Notes under the pieces: generated by a model
What the model was told of the DNA's origin: nothing
Database searches by the model: none
Seen by the model: the letters and a program-made list of their open reading frames with translations, nothing else
Shown: positions 29,979-38,826 of the stretch, piece by piece
Layout: every line of letters starts with the position of its first letter
How positions within the stretch are numbered: position 1 is the stretch's first letter
Assembly: GCA_024692165.1 (NCBI GenBank)
Contig: JAILMY010000095.1
Coordinates: forward strand, 1 to 60,802
Origin: Butyrivibrio sp.
GTDB taxonomy: Bacteria; Bacillota; Clostridia; Lachnospirales; Lachnospiraceae
Direction of reading: 5' to 3'
DNA: 60,802 nt
Made by a program: the position numbers and the translations under genes

Positions 29979-30269
29979 TCACGACTTGTTTTTGTCGTTT
30001 TCACGTAATTTCTTTATGCCCTCTATGGCCGTTTTATAAATCAGTGCCATATGTCTGGACGCCGGATCATTCATATCACATTTATTCTGCATAAGCTTAA
30101 AATGCTGCAACGCTTCATCGATGACCGATTTGGAGATTACATAACCATCGCAATACAACGTTCCGGTCTCAGGATCGTACCTTGATTCTTCAAACCTGGT
30201 CTTAGCGTAATCACCGGCTCCCATACTGGCCGCGAGCTGATTGATAAGGTCTTTTCTGGAATCTGCCAT
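29979..30269 (-). CDS. Hypothetical protein (96 aa)
   Basis: AAGGAG RBS before ATG 30269 (MADSRK); co-oriented with its neighbours. Confidence 0.7.
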   Translation of the reverse strand: MADSRKDLINQLAASMGAGDYAKTRFEESRYDPETGTLYCDGYVISKSVIDEALQHFKLMQNKCDMNDPASRHMALIYKTAIEGIKKLRENDKNKS

Positions 30270-30374
30270 ATAAACTCCTTCCCGAATTATACCCTGCAAT
30301 TAATTCACTCGATTTTTAGGTAGTGTGTCACAAAGAAATTTTAACACATTCATAAACGGCCAAACGTTAAAATT

Positions 30375-32843
30375 TTATAATTTTTTGTAGATACAACGAA
30401 CTGTGAGCTTCTCCGGTTTTCCTCCAAGAATCTGGATTCTTCTCTCCCCTGCGTTAAGGTCAAAATAGTTGTCTGAAAGAAGCAGATCATCGTTTTCATT
30501 GCGGATCTCAACACTCTTGGCATAAGCTGCTGCGCTTACTACGATCTCATCACCCTCTGCTCTTACGGTAAGATCAGGATCCACAAACTTAAAGTGCTTA
30601 GGAGGGCAGAACAGAACTGTTCCTTCTGACAGGATTTCTCCCTCTTCCGCTACCTGATAGCTTACGTAGTTCTCGTAAAGGTCTGCATGATTCATATCAA
30701 TCTCATCAAACCAGGTTGCGGAAAGGGCCTCAGATACAAGCTCTTTTTCACCGGATTCAATAACATTTGCTTTTGAATCTCTAAGCTGCCAGTAAACAGT
30801 GAGACTATGTCTTTCCATGGTCTCGTTCTGGACATTAAGTCTGATGGATTTCTGGATAGGCTCCTTATCGTCATTTACACTGATCCTTTGATCCAGATAT
30901 CCCCTTTCTTCGCAGGAAACAAGGATTGGAGCAAAGAATCTCTTTGCATAATACTGAAGAGCCTTCCATCTGCCTTCATAATCTATTGAAGCCCATGATG
31001 CTACAGGCCAGCAGTCGTTAAGCTGCCAGTATACTGTTCCCATACATCTGCCTCTGTTTCTTCGGAAGTGCTCAACACCGTATCGAATAGCCTCAGCCTG
31101 AAGGAGCTGAGAATAATAAACGAGCTCATCCAGACTCTCAGGATAAAGGAAGGTCTGGCTCATGTAGTTCATAATTTTTCCGTTTGCAGCATTATTTCTC
31201 TGATGCTTCTCCATTACATAGGAAAAGATGTTGCGATCTCCCGGCTCAGTAAAGGTCTCAATGGTCTTTACAGATGGGAATGACTGGAATCCAAACTCAG
31301 AGAGATATCTGAAATGGAACTTACGATACTCAGTAAATGGCTGATTTCCATGCCATACCTCCCAGTAGTGGACATCTCCTCTGTTCTCATCGTTAGGGTC
31401 ATCAAATCCTCCGCCTGAGGATGGACTTGCGGGCCAGTAGAAGGTCTGCGGATCCAGCTTCTTGAGCAGTTTAGGGAAAAGATACTCATACATCTTCACA
31501 TAGTCGGATTTAAGAGTAAATTTCGCACCCCAATGCTCGTATCCCACAAACAGTTCCATCTCATTATTTCCGCACCACAGGCCAAGGCTTGCATGGTGAC
31601 GAAGCCTTTTTACATTCTGGATGATCTCGACAGTGATGTTCTCCTCGAAGTCCTCTGACAGTCTGTATACAGCACATGCAAACATGAAATCCTGCCATAC
31701 AACAAGACCCAGTTCATCGCACAGGTCATAGAAATCATCCTCCGGATAGTATCCTCCGCCCCATACACGGATGCAGTTAAAGTGTGAATTTACGCAGTGA
31801 GTAAGAAGCTCTCTTGTGCGCTCCTTGTTTACTCTGCTGAGAATGTTATCCTGAGGGATATAGTCAGCTCCCATAGCAAAAATCTTCACACCGTTTACCT
31901 TGTGGGCGAACTCCTCGCCATACTGGTCCTTCTCCCTGGAAATCTCCATGGTTCTAAGACCGATGCGCTTCTCCCACACATCAATGGCTGATGTTTCAGA
32001 ACCGTTTGCGCCGGTATCTTCTGCCTTAAAAAGCTCAACTTTCACTGTATAAAGTGGCTGCTTACCGTAGCCATTTGGCCACCAGAGCTGAGGTTTTTCA
32101 ATAACAACTGTTTTTGACGCATCGACTCTGTCAGTCAAAACTTTGCCATTCGGATCAGTAACTGTTACTAAAGAGCAGTATTTATCCGGATTCTGATATT
32201 TCTCATCGAGCGCCACATCAAAAGAAAGCTCCACCTCATTCTCAAGATGGTTCTGTTTAACATACACTGAATCAAATCTTGTTCCCTCAACTCCTACGAG
32301 AGTAACATCTCGCATGATTCCTGCATCTGGAAGTCTTGGACCCCAGTCCCAACCAAACATGTAGTGAGCCTTACGAAGCTTGGGGAATCCCCTGCTGCAA
32401 TCCTCTGAGCCGAGGACCGGATCTTCCTCGAAAGCTTCCTTGATAAACTTATTTGGTGAATGAAGTACCACCTTAAGCTCATTTTCAGGCTTAAGCAGCT
32501 CTTTTACCGGATATTCATAAGTTCTGTGCTGATTGCACACACTTCCCAAAAGGCCGCCGTTAAGATAAACGTCAGCTACAGTATCAATCATGTCAAAGCG
32601 AAGGAGCACATCTGTGCAGCCTGTGTACCCCTCTGCCTCATCTACCTTAAATGCAGTCACATATTCATAGTCATAATCCATGAGCCTGAGTGCTGCATCC
32701 TCATTATCCCTGTAATAAGGATCCTCCATAAGCCCATTAGCCAAAAGATCTGTATAGACGGTGCCCGGAACCTTCGCCTCATAGTAGTTCTCCTGGTCAG
32801 TTCGTCTCATTTTCCATCCATCATGTAAAGTCTTCTTTATCAT
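30375..32843 (-). CDS. Beta-mannosidase (GH2)
   Basis: RKAHYMFGWDWGP, IRVWGGG, WQDFMFAC, LWCGNNE (acid/base), SEFGFQS (nucleophile), YWQLNDCWP. Confidence 0.93.
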   Translation of the reverse strand: MIKKTLHDGWKMRRTDQENYYEAKVPGTVYTDLLANGLMEDPYYRDNEDAALRLMDYDYEYVTAFKVDEAEGYTGCTDVLLRFDMIDTVADVYLNGGLLGSVCNQHRTYEYPVKELLKPENELKVVLHSPNKFIKEAFEEDPVLGSEDCSRGFPKLRKAHYMFGWDWGPRLPDAGIMRDVTLVGVEGTRFDSVYVKQNHLENEVELSFDVALDEKYQNPDKYCSLVTVTDPNGKVLTDRVDASKTVVIEKPQLWWPNGYGKQPLYTVKVELFKAEDTGANGSETSAIDVWEKRIGLRTMEISREKDQYGEEFAHKVNGVKIFAMGADYIPQDNILSRVNKERTRELLTHCVNSHFNCIRVWGGGYYPEDDFYDLCDELGLVVWQDFMFACAVYRLSEDFEENITVEIIQNVKRLRHHASLGLWCGNNEMELFVGYEHWGAKFTLKSDYVKMYEYLFPKLLKKLDPQTFYWPASPSSGGGFDDPNDENRGDVHYWEVWHGNQPFTEYRKFHFRYLSEFGFQSFPSVKTIETFTEPGDRNIFSYVMEKHQRNNAANGKIMNYMSQTFLYPESLDELVYYSQLLQAEAIRYGVEHFRRNRGRCMGTVYWQLNDCWPVASWASIDYEGRWKALQYYAKRFFAPILVSCEERGYLDQRISVNDDKEPIQKSIRLNVQNETMERHSLTVYWQLRDSKANVIESGEKELVSEALSATWFDEIDMNHADLYENYVSYQVAEEGEILSEGTVLFCPPKHFKFVDPDLTVRAEGDEIVVSAAAYAKSVEIRNENDDLLLSDNYFDLNAGERRIQILGGKPEKLTVRCIYKKL

Positions 32844-33035
32844 TCTGAATTCCTTTCTTGTTGCCCTGATCCTGTGATCATTTTTCCGCTGTATTATGCG
32901 ACATAATTATTATATTTCATGGGAAATCCGATTAAAACAGATTAATTATGAAATTGTTGTGTTCTGGTTTCCATTTTAATGAAAATAATGTAGTATATTA
33001 ACAATGGCGTTAGATTTAGAGTTTTGGAGGGTTTT

Positions 33036-33548
33036 ATGGGTAAAAAGTCAATTAAAGAGAATAAGAATATCTTCTTTGAAAGTCGTGAAGCGGCTGGGCT
33101 CACAAGAGCACAGGCCAGTGAACTTATAGGAACTATCAGCGAAAGCCGTCTTGAGAAAATGGAAACTGAAAAGACAGCCATCTATCCCGAGGATGTTGTA
33201 GACATGGCAAGAGCATACAAAAAGCCTGAGCTCTGCAACTATTACTGCACACATGAGTGCAGAATCGGCAAGACTTCTGTTCCTGAGGTTAAGATTTCAT
33301 CTCTTTCAGAGATCGTTCTCGGAATGCTTTCAGCTCTTAATTCACTGGACAGACAGAAGGATCGCCTCATTGATATTACTGCTGACGGCGAAATCTCAGA
33401 TGATGAGCTTCCGGATTTCGTGCACATACAGAAAGAGCTTGATCAGATCGATCAGACTGTTGAATCCCTGAAGGTTTGGATGGCAAGCACCATCGCCGAG
33501 GGCAAGATCAACAAGGACAAGCTTGATTCTCTCCAGAGAAATGCTTGA
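33036..33548 (+). CDS. XRE-family HTH regulator with Cys-rich motif and helical C-terminal domain
   Basis: SREAAGLTRAQASE..ISESRLEKME (HTH), LCNYYCTHEC, ITADGEISDDE. GGAGG RBS before ATG 33036. Confidence 0.82.
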   Translation: MGKKSIKENKNIFFESREAAGLTRAQASELIGTISESRLEKMETEKTAIYPEDVVDMARAYKKPELCNYYCTHECRIGKTSVPEVKISSLSEIVLGMLSALNSLDRQKDRLIDITADGEISDDELPDFVHIQKELDQIDQTVESLKVWMASTIAEGKINKDKLDSLQRNA

Positions 33549-33581
33549 TCTGCAAGATCAATATTATTTTATTAAATAATG

Positions 33582-33631
33582 AAAAGGCCTCAAGGTCAGG
33601 GATATTCCCAAAACCTTGAGGTCTTATTTTT
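33582..33631. terminator. Bidirectional intrinsic terminator
   Basis: AAGGCCTCAAGGT..ACCTTGAGGTCTT stem flanked by A and T tracts, between the convergent XRE gene and nagB. Confidence 0.75.
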
Positions 33632-33672
33632 CATATTGATTGCAATATACAGATTGCTTACGCGCTCACATA

Positions 33673-34404
33673 TCACACATCCATCAGTGACAGTGCTGCC
33701 TCATCCGCAATAAGCGTAAAGTCAGGATGAAGCTGAAGAATTGAAGCCGGGATAAGGGGATTGATTTCCTTGGAAAAGGCCTCTTTTACGATAGGTGCCT
33801 TTCCTTCTCCATTGGCGATCATAACGATCTTCTTAGCCTGCATTATTGTTCCTACGCCCATAGTTATAGCCTGTCTCGGAACCATTGATACATCCTCAAA
33901 AAATCTCTTATTTGCCTCTATAGTACTTTCAGTAAGATCTACCACATGGGTTTTCCTATAGAAAATATTATCCGGTTCATTAAATCCGATATGACCGTTA
34001 TTGCCGATTCCAAGTAGCTGCAAATCGATTCCGCCAAGGTCATCTATGATCTTCTCGTATCTGCGGCATTCCGCCTGAGGATCAGCGTTCATTCCATTGG
34101 GAATGTTAACGTTCTGCGGGTCAAGATTTACCCTTGAATACAGGTGCTTTTCCATGAAATATATGTAGCTCTGATCGTTATATGCAGGAAGTCCTACATA
34201 TTCATCAAGATTAACCGTCTTAACCAGGGCAAAATCCAGATCCCCTTTGCCATACCAGTCTACCAGCTGATCATACAGGCCAATGGGAGTTGAACCTGTA
34301 GCCAGACCAAGAACACAGTTTGGTTTAAGAATTATCTGAGCAGACAGAACATTGGCTGCCTTTCTGCTCATATCCTGATAATCACGAACTTTAATTATTC
34401 TCAT
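33673..34404 (-). CDS. nagB: Glucosamine-6-phosphate deaminase
   Basis: VLGLATGSTP, NLDEYVGL, LLGIGNNGHIGFNEP, PASILQLH. Confidence 0.96.
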   Translation of the reverse strand: MRIIKVRDYQDMSRKAANVLSAQIILKPNCVLGLATGSTPIGLYDQLVDWYGKGDLDFALVKTVNLDEYVGLPAYNDQSYIYFMEKHLYSRVNLDPQNVNIPNGMNADPQAECRRYEKIIDDLGGIDLQLLGIGNNGHIGFNEPDNIFYRKTHVVDLTESTIEANKRFFEDVSMVPRQAITMGVGTIMQAKKIVMIANGEGKAPIVKEAFSKEINPLIPASILQLHPDFTLIADEAALSLMDV

Positions 34405-34415
34405 ATCTGCGCCTC

Positions 34416-35426
34416 TTATGAATTCATCTCGCTGTAATCAAAGCCCTTAAGCTTAAGTTCCTCTGCACGGATACATGCTGCGAAATGCCCCGGTTCAAAC
34501 TGCTTGTATTCAGGAGTAAGCTCGCTGCACTTCTGATCGCAGTATCTGCACCTGGTGTGGAAATAGCATCCGCTTGGTGGATTAGCAGGGTTAGGAATCT
34601 CGCCCATAAGCGGAATTCTCTCCTGTATATAGTTAGGATCCGCAACAGGAACCGCTGACATAAGCGCCTCGGTATATGGGTGCTTGGGACGTGTAAAAAT
34701 CTGTTCCGTCTCACCATATTCTACCATTTTTCCAAGGTACATTACGCCAACTCTGTCAGAAATATGTTCTACTACTGAAAGATCATGGGAAATAAAGATA
34801 TATGTAAGCTTCATTTCCTTCTGAAGGTCCTTAAGCAGATTGATAACCTGAGCCTGAATTGAAACGTCAAGGGCTGAAACAGCCTCATCACATACAATAA
34901 TCTTTGGTTTTAAAACAAGAGCTCTTGCGATTCCGATACGCTGCCTCTGTCCACCGGAGAATGCATGGGGATATCTCATAAGATAAGCAGGATTAAGACC
35001 TACCTTCTCCGCCATCTCTTTTGCCATCTGATCCATTTCACTTGTAGGCATTTTAGGGAAATTTGCCTTAAGTGGCTCTTTGATGATATCAAGGACTGTC
35101 ATTCTTGGATCAAGGGAGGAATACGGATCCTGGAAGATCATCTGAATCTCTTTACGGATGGACTTCATCTTCTTTTTGTCCACCTTTAGGAAATCCAGCT
35201 CTTCGCCGGCCTCTGTGCGATACATAACCTCGCCCTCTGAAGCATCATAAGCTCTCACTATGCATCTTCCCAGGGTAGTCTTACCACAGCCTGACTCACC
35301 GACAATACCGATGGTTTCACCTTCTCTTACAGAGAAGGATACATCTGTTACCGCCTTAACAGTAACATTCTTGGAGGTAAAACGCTTATGAAGGTGTTTG
35401 ACTTCAAGAATATTATCTTTTTCCAC
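34416..35426 (-). CDS. Opp/Dpp-family ABC ATP-binding protein (OppF-like)
   Basis: GESGCGKT, FSGGQRQRI, CDEAVSALD and C-terminal PSGCYFHTRC. Confidence 0.92.
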   Translation of the reverse strand: MEKDNILEVKHLHKRFTSKNVTVKAVTDVSFSVREGETIGIVGESGCGKTTLGRCIVRAYDASEGEVMYRTEAGEELDFLKVDKKKMKSIRKEIQMIFQDPYSSLDPRMTVLDIIKEPLKANFPKMPTSEMDQMAKEMAEKVGLNPAYLMRYPHAFSGGQRQRIGIARALVLKPKIIVCDEAVSALDVSIQAQVINLLKDLQKEMKLTYIFISHDLSVVEHISDRVGVMYLGKMVEYGETEQIFTRPKHPYTEALMSAVPVADPNYIQERIPLMGEIPNPANPPSGCYFHTRCRYCDQKCSELTPEYKQFEPGHFAACIRAEELKLKGFDYSEMNS

Positions 35427-36507
35427 GCTTCTTACCTCCTTCTTCTACAGGGCCTCTGGCCTCTTCTTCCTTAAGCCTGGCCTCAACTTCCTGTCTGTGC
35501 TTCTGACATGCAGGGTTGTTGCAGGCAAAGCATGCAATCTTGTGCCCCGGCTCAGTCTCCACCAGCTCAGGCTCGGCTTTATCGCAAAGACCCTCAATAC
35601 GGGCATCGCATCTGTCATAGAATCCACACTGCTTTGGCAGATTCATGGCAAGAGGAACTGTTCCCTCGATGGAGAAGAGTCTCTCGTCCTTTCTGCCACC
35701 GATCTTGTGGACAGAACCCATCAGACCTCTTGTATAAGGGTGCTGAGGATTTGCATAAATTGTCTTGGAATCGCCGGTCTCAACAACCTTTCCAAGGTAC
35801 ATAACAGCTACTCTGTCGCACATTCTTGCAACAACGCCCAGGTCATGGGTGATGAACAGAATAGCCATATTGAACTCCTTCTGGAGCTCTTTCATAAGCT
35901 CAAGGATCTGAGCCTGAATTGTAACGTCAAGGGCTGTTGTAGGCTCATCCGCAATAAGAAGCTTGGGATTACATACAAGAGCCATGGCGATAAGTGCTCT
36001 CTGAAGCATACCGCCTGAGAACTCATGAGGATACTGGTTGTATCTCTTTTCAACATTAGCGATACCAACCTTTCTCATAACTTCCATAGAAATCTCTTTT
36101 GCCTTCTTCTTGTCCTTGGTGATGTGCAAAAGAGTACACTCGTTGATCTGATTACCGATAGTGTACATAGGAGAAAAAGCTACCATAGGCTCCTGGAAGA
36201 TCATAGAGATCTGTTTGCCTCTGATATTGCGTATCTCCTTGCCTTTTGGATCCATCTTAAGGATGTCTACCTCGCTATCATCTTCATTTCTGAACATGAT
36301 CTCGCCGTGGGGGTAGCATTTCTTGTCATTGATAGCGAGAATCGACTTACAGGTAATTGACTTACCGCATCCGGACTCACCAACAAGGCCAAGAGTTTCT
36401 CCGCGTTTTATCTCAAAATTGACGCCTCTTACAGGAGTAAGAGTTCCCTCCATCATCTTTATGTCTATATGGAGGTCTTTTACTTCCAAAATATTATCCT
36501 TTTCCAT
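35413..36507 (-). CDS. Opp/Dpp-family ABC ATP-binding protein (OppD-like)
   Basis: GESGCGKS, FSGGMLQR, IADEPTTALD and a Cys-rich C-terminus. Confidence 0.92.
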   Translation of the reverse strand: MEKDNILEVKDLHIDIKMMEGTLTPVRGVNFEIKRGETLGLVGESGCGKSITCKSILAINDKKCYPHGEIMFRNEDDSEVDILKMDPKGKEIRNIRGKQISMIFQEPMVAFSPMYTIGNQINECTLLHITKDKKKAKEISMEVMRKVGIANVEKRYNQYPHEFSGGMLQRALIAMALVCNPKLLIADEPTTALDVTIQAQILELMKELQKEFNMAILFITHDLGVVARMCDRVAVMYLGKVVETGDSKTIYANPQHPYTRGLMGSVHKIGGRKDERLFSIEGTVPLAMNLPKQCGFYDRCDARIEGLCDKAEPELVETEPGHKIACFACNNPACQKHRQEVEARLKEEEARGPVEEGGKKRGKR

Positions 36508-36521
36508 AAATGCCTCCTGAA

Positions 36522-37637
36522 TTACTTGTAAGGGTCTGCTGCATCTCTCATTCCGTCTCCCAGGAAGTTAAATGCCAGAACCGTAATAGTTACAAAAATG
36601 ATAGGAATAAGCTTGTGTGGGTTAGCTGCCACGTCAGTAACTGAGCTGGCTTCCTGAAGAAGAACACCCCAGCTGGTTGCCGGTGATTTGATACCAAGGC
36701 CAAGGTATGACATTGATGTCTCACCAACGATTGATCCCGGAATACCCAGAGTAAGAGAAACGATAAGGTAACTCATAAATCCGGGAACCAGATGCTTCCA
36801 GATGATCTTCCAGGTGGAAACGCCGGAAATTCTGGCAGCCATTACATAATCTTCATTCTTAAGGGAAAGGAATTTGCCTCGTACAACTCTGGCCATTCCG
36901 GTCCAGTTAATGAATGAAAGGATAATTGTCATGTAAAAGTACATCTTAACAGTTGATATTCCTGCAGGAATAGCTGCTGAAAGAGCCATCCAAAGAGGAA
37001 TCTGAGGAACCGCTCCAATAACCTCGATAATTCTCTGGATTATCATATCGAGAACGCCTCCGAAATATCCGGAAACAGAACCGATAGCAATTCCAAGGAA
37101 GAAGCTTATGATGGCACTGGCAAATGGGATAGAAAGTGAAATTCTGGCTCCCAAAAGCACTCTGGAAAAGATATCTCGTCCGAGAGAATCTGCTCCAAAA
37201 AGGAATACCTTGGCTCCTGTGCCACCCTTAGATCCTTCACCTACACCAAACAGGTGCAGATCACAGGGTACTAAACCTAAAATCTTGTATTTAGAGCCAT
37301 GTACAAACCATTCAATCTTGTAATACTCGGAAAGATCAGGCTCTAAAGCAACTTCAAAGGTCTTTTTATCAATTGTCTTTGTAAGCTTGTAAACGTGAGG
37401 ACCTACGTGTTCATCCTCAAAAATAGTGTAAATCTTGGTTGGTGCAGAGTTTCTGTAAAGTCCATCGAACTCATCAAGTGAGTAGGGAGCAAGGAAATCT
37501 GCAAACAATGCTGAAATGTACAAAAAAGCCAGGATAATAAATGAAGCCTGTGCCAGCTTGTGCTTTTTCAGCTTTCTTGCCATCAATGTCCATTGGGAGG
37601 CAAGATAATAATCTTCTTTTGATTTCTTCTTAGCCAT
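36522..37637 (-). CDS. Opp/Dpp-family ABC permease (OppC-like)
   Basis: FGADSLGRDIFSR, DYVMAARISG (EAA loop), FNFLGDGMRDAADP. Confidence 0.92.
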   Translation of the reverse strand: MAKKKSKEDYYLASQWTLMARKLKKHKLAQASFIILAFLYISALFADFLAPYSLDEFDGLYRNSAPTKIYTIFEDEHVGPHVYKLTKTIDKKTFEVALEPDLSEYYKIEWFVHGSKYKILGLVPCDLHLFGVGEGSKGGTGAKVFLFGADSLGRDIFSRVLLGARISLSIPFASAIISFFLGIAIGSVSGYFGGVLDMIIQRIIEVIGAVPQIPLWMALSAAIPAGISTVKMYFYMTIILSFINWTGMARVVRGKFLSLKNEDYVMAARISGVSTWKIIWKHLVPGFMSYLIVSLTLGIPGSIVGETSMSYLGLGIKSPATSWGVLLQEASSVTDVAANPHKLIPIIFVTITVLAFNFLGDGMRDAADPYK

Positions 37638-38713
37638 TATCTATTACCTCCTGAATAACGGATTCTAGGATCAAGGAATGCCAGTGCAATATCAGAGAAA
37701 AGAACTCCGATGACAACCAGTACAGCCTGGATCATAACGATAGCACCTGCCAGGTACATGTCCTGAGACTGAAGAGCCTTGTAAAGAACCGGACCCTGAA
37801 TTTGCATGTTAAGTACCATAGCAGTAACTGTTGATCCGGAGAACAGACTTGAAAGAACTCCGCCCAGACCTGATACTGTAGGATTGATAGCTGCTCTGAA
37901 GCAGTATTTCATGATGATCTTGCCCTCAGAAACACCCTTTGCTCTGGCAGTTAATGTATACTGTTTTGCAACCTCATCAAGCATCTGCGCACGAACGGAA
38001 CGGATGATTCCGCAGGTTCCGCTGGTACCGATAACCACGATAGGAATGATCATTCTCTTTAAGAAATCACCGAAATTATATAAATGAATGCCGTTTTGCA
38101 GCATCTCCTGAGTAAACAGACCTACGTTCGCATTGCCTGTCCACTTATATGATAGATACATCAGCACAATAGCCAAAATAAAGTTAGGTATCGCAGTTCC
38201 AAGGAAACCAATAATAGCTGATATGTAATCTCCCGCTGAATACTGATGGGTACTTGCATATACTGCTATAGGTATGGATACCAGATACTGAAATAGCATG
38301 ATTATAGCCGTTACGCCGATGGTAAGACCAAGCCTGTCATTAACAACGCTCCAAACGTCTCTTCCATAGGCAAATGAATACTTCCAGTTGTGATGTGAAT
38401 GATAAAGCCTGTAATAAGCTGAATCTGTGGGAGTCCAGATAATATCTTTTACCCACTTGATATATTGCTGCCAAACCGGCAGATCAAGACCGTAGTCTGC
38501 CCTCATAGATGCTGCGTAATCAGCATCAACCAATTCTCCCTCTGTTGCCAGCGCCGCGATATGCGCAGATACATAGTCCCCCGGAGGAAGCTGTATAACG
38601 AAGAAAACCAGTATTGAGATAAGAAGCAGTGTAGGAATAAACATAAGCACACGTCTTATGATGTACTGCACCAGATCTCTTTTAAAGAATGCAATAAGCT
38701 TATTTTCCTCCAT
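37637..38713 (-). CDS. Opp/Dpp-family ABC permease (OppB-like)
   Basis: YIIRR..IQLPPGD, YTLTARAKG, LDPRIR. Confidence 0.92.
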   Translation of the reverse strand: MEENKLIAFFKRDLVQYIIRRVLMFIPTLLLISILVFFVIQLPPGDYVSAHIAALATEGELVDADYAASMRADYGLDLPVWQQYIKWVKDIIWTPTDSAYYRLYHSHHNWKYSFAYGRDVWSVVNDRLGLTIGVTAIIMLFQYLVSIPIAVYASTHQYSAGDYISAIIGFLGTAIPNFILAIVLMYLSYKWTGNANVGLFTQEMLQNGIHLYNFGDFLKRMIIPIVVIGTSGTCGIIRSVRAQMLDEVAKQYTLTARAKGVSEGKIIMKYCFRAAINPTVSGLGGVLSSLFSGSTVTAMVLNMQIQGPVLYKALQSQDMYLAGAIVMIQAVLVVIGVLFSDIALAFLDPRIRYSGGNR

Positions 38714-38752
38714 TAGAAATGTCCCTTTCCAAATAAATCTCTTCCCTTTTTC

Positions 38753-38789
38753 AAAAAAACCGGAGACATGGAAACTACCACGTCTCCGG
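38753..38789 (-). terminator. Stem-loop / partial terminator between the binding protein and permease genes
   Basis: CCGGAGAC..GTCTCCGG stem followed by a T7 run on the minus strand. Confidence 0.75.
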
Positions 38790-38826
38790 AACTTATTTAT
38801 TGATACGTCAAACTATCAATTCAATA

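Noticed and set aside
32942-33181. 79-aa minus-strand ORF upstream of the beta-mannosidase
   Set aside because: Antisense to the XRE gene and running into AT-rich promoter DNA, with no supporting features.
33036-33548. Prophage or mobile-element remnant suggested by the XRE gene
   Set aside because: No integrase, transposase, att-like repeats or phage genes anywhere in the window.
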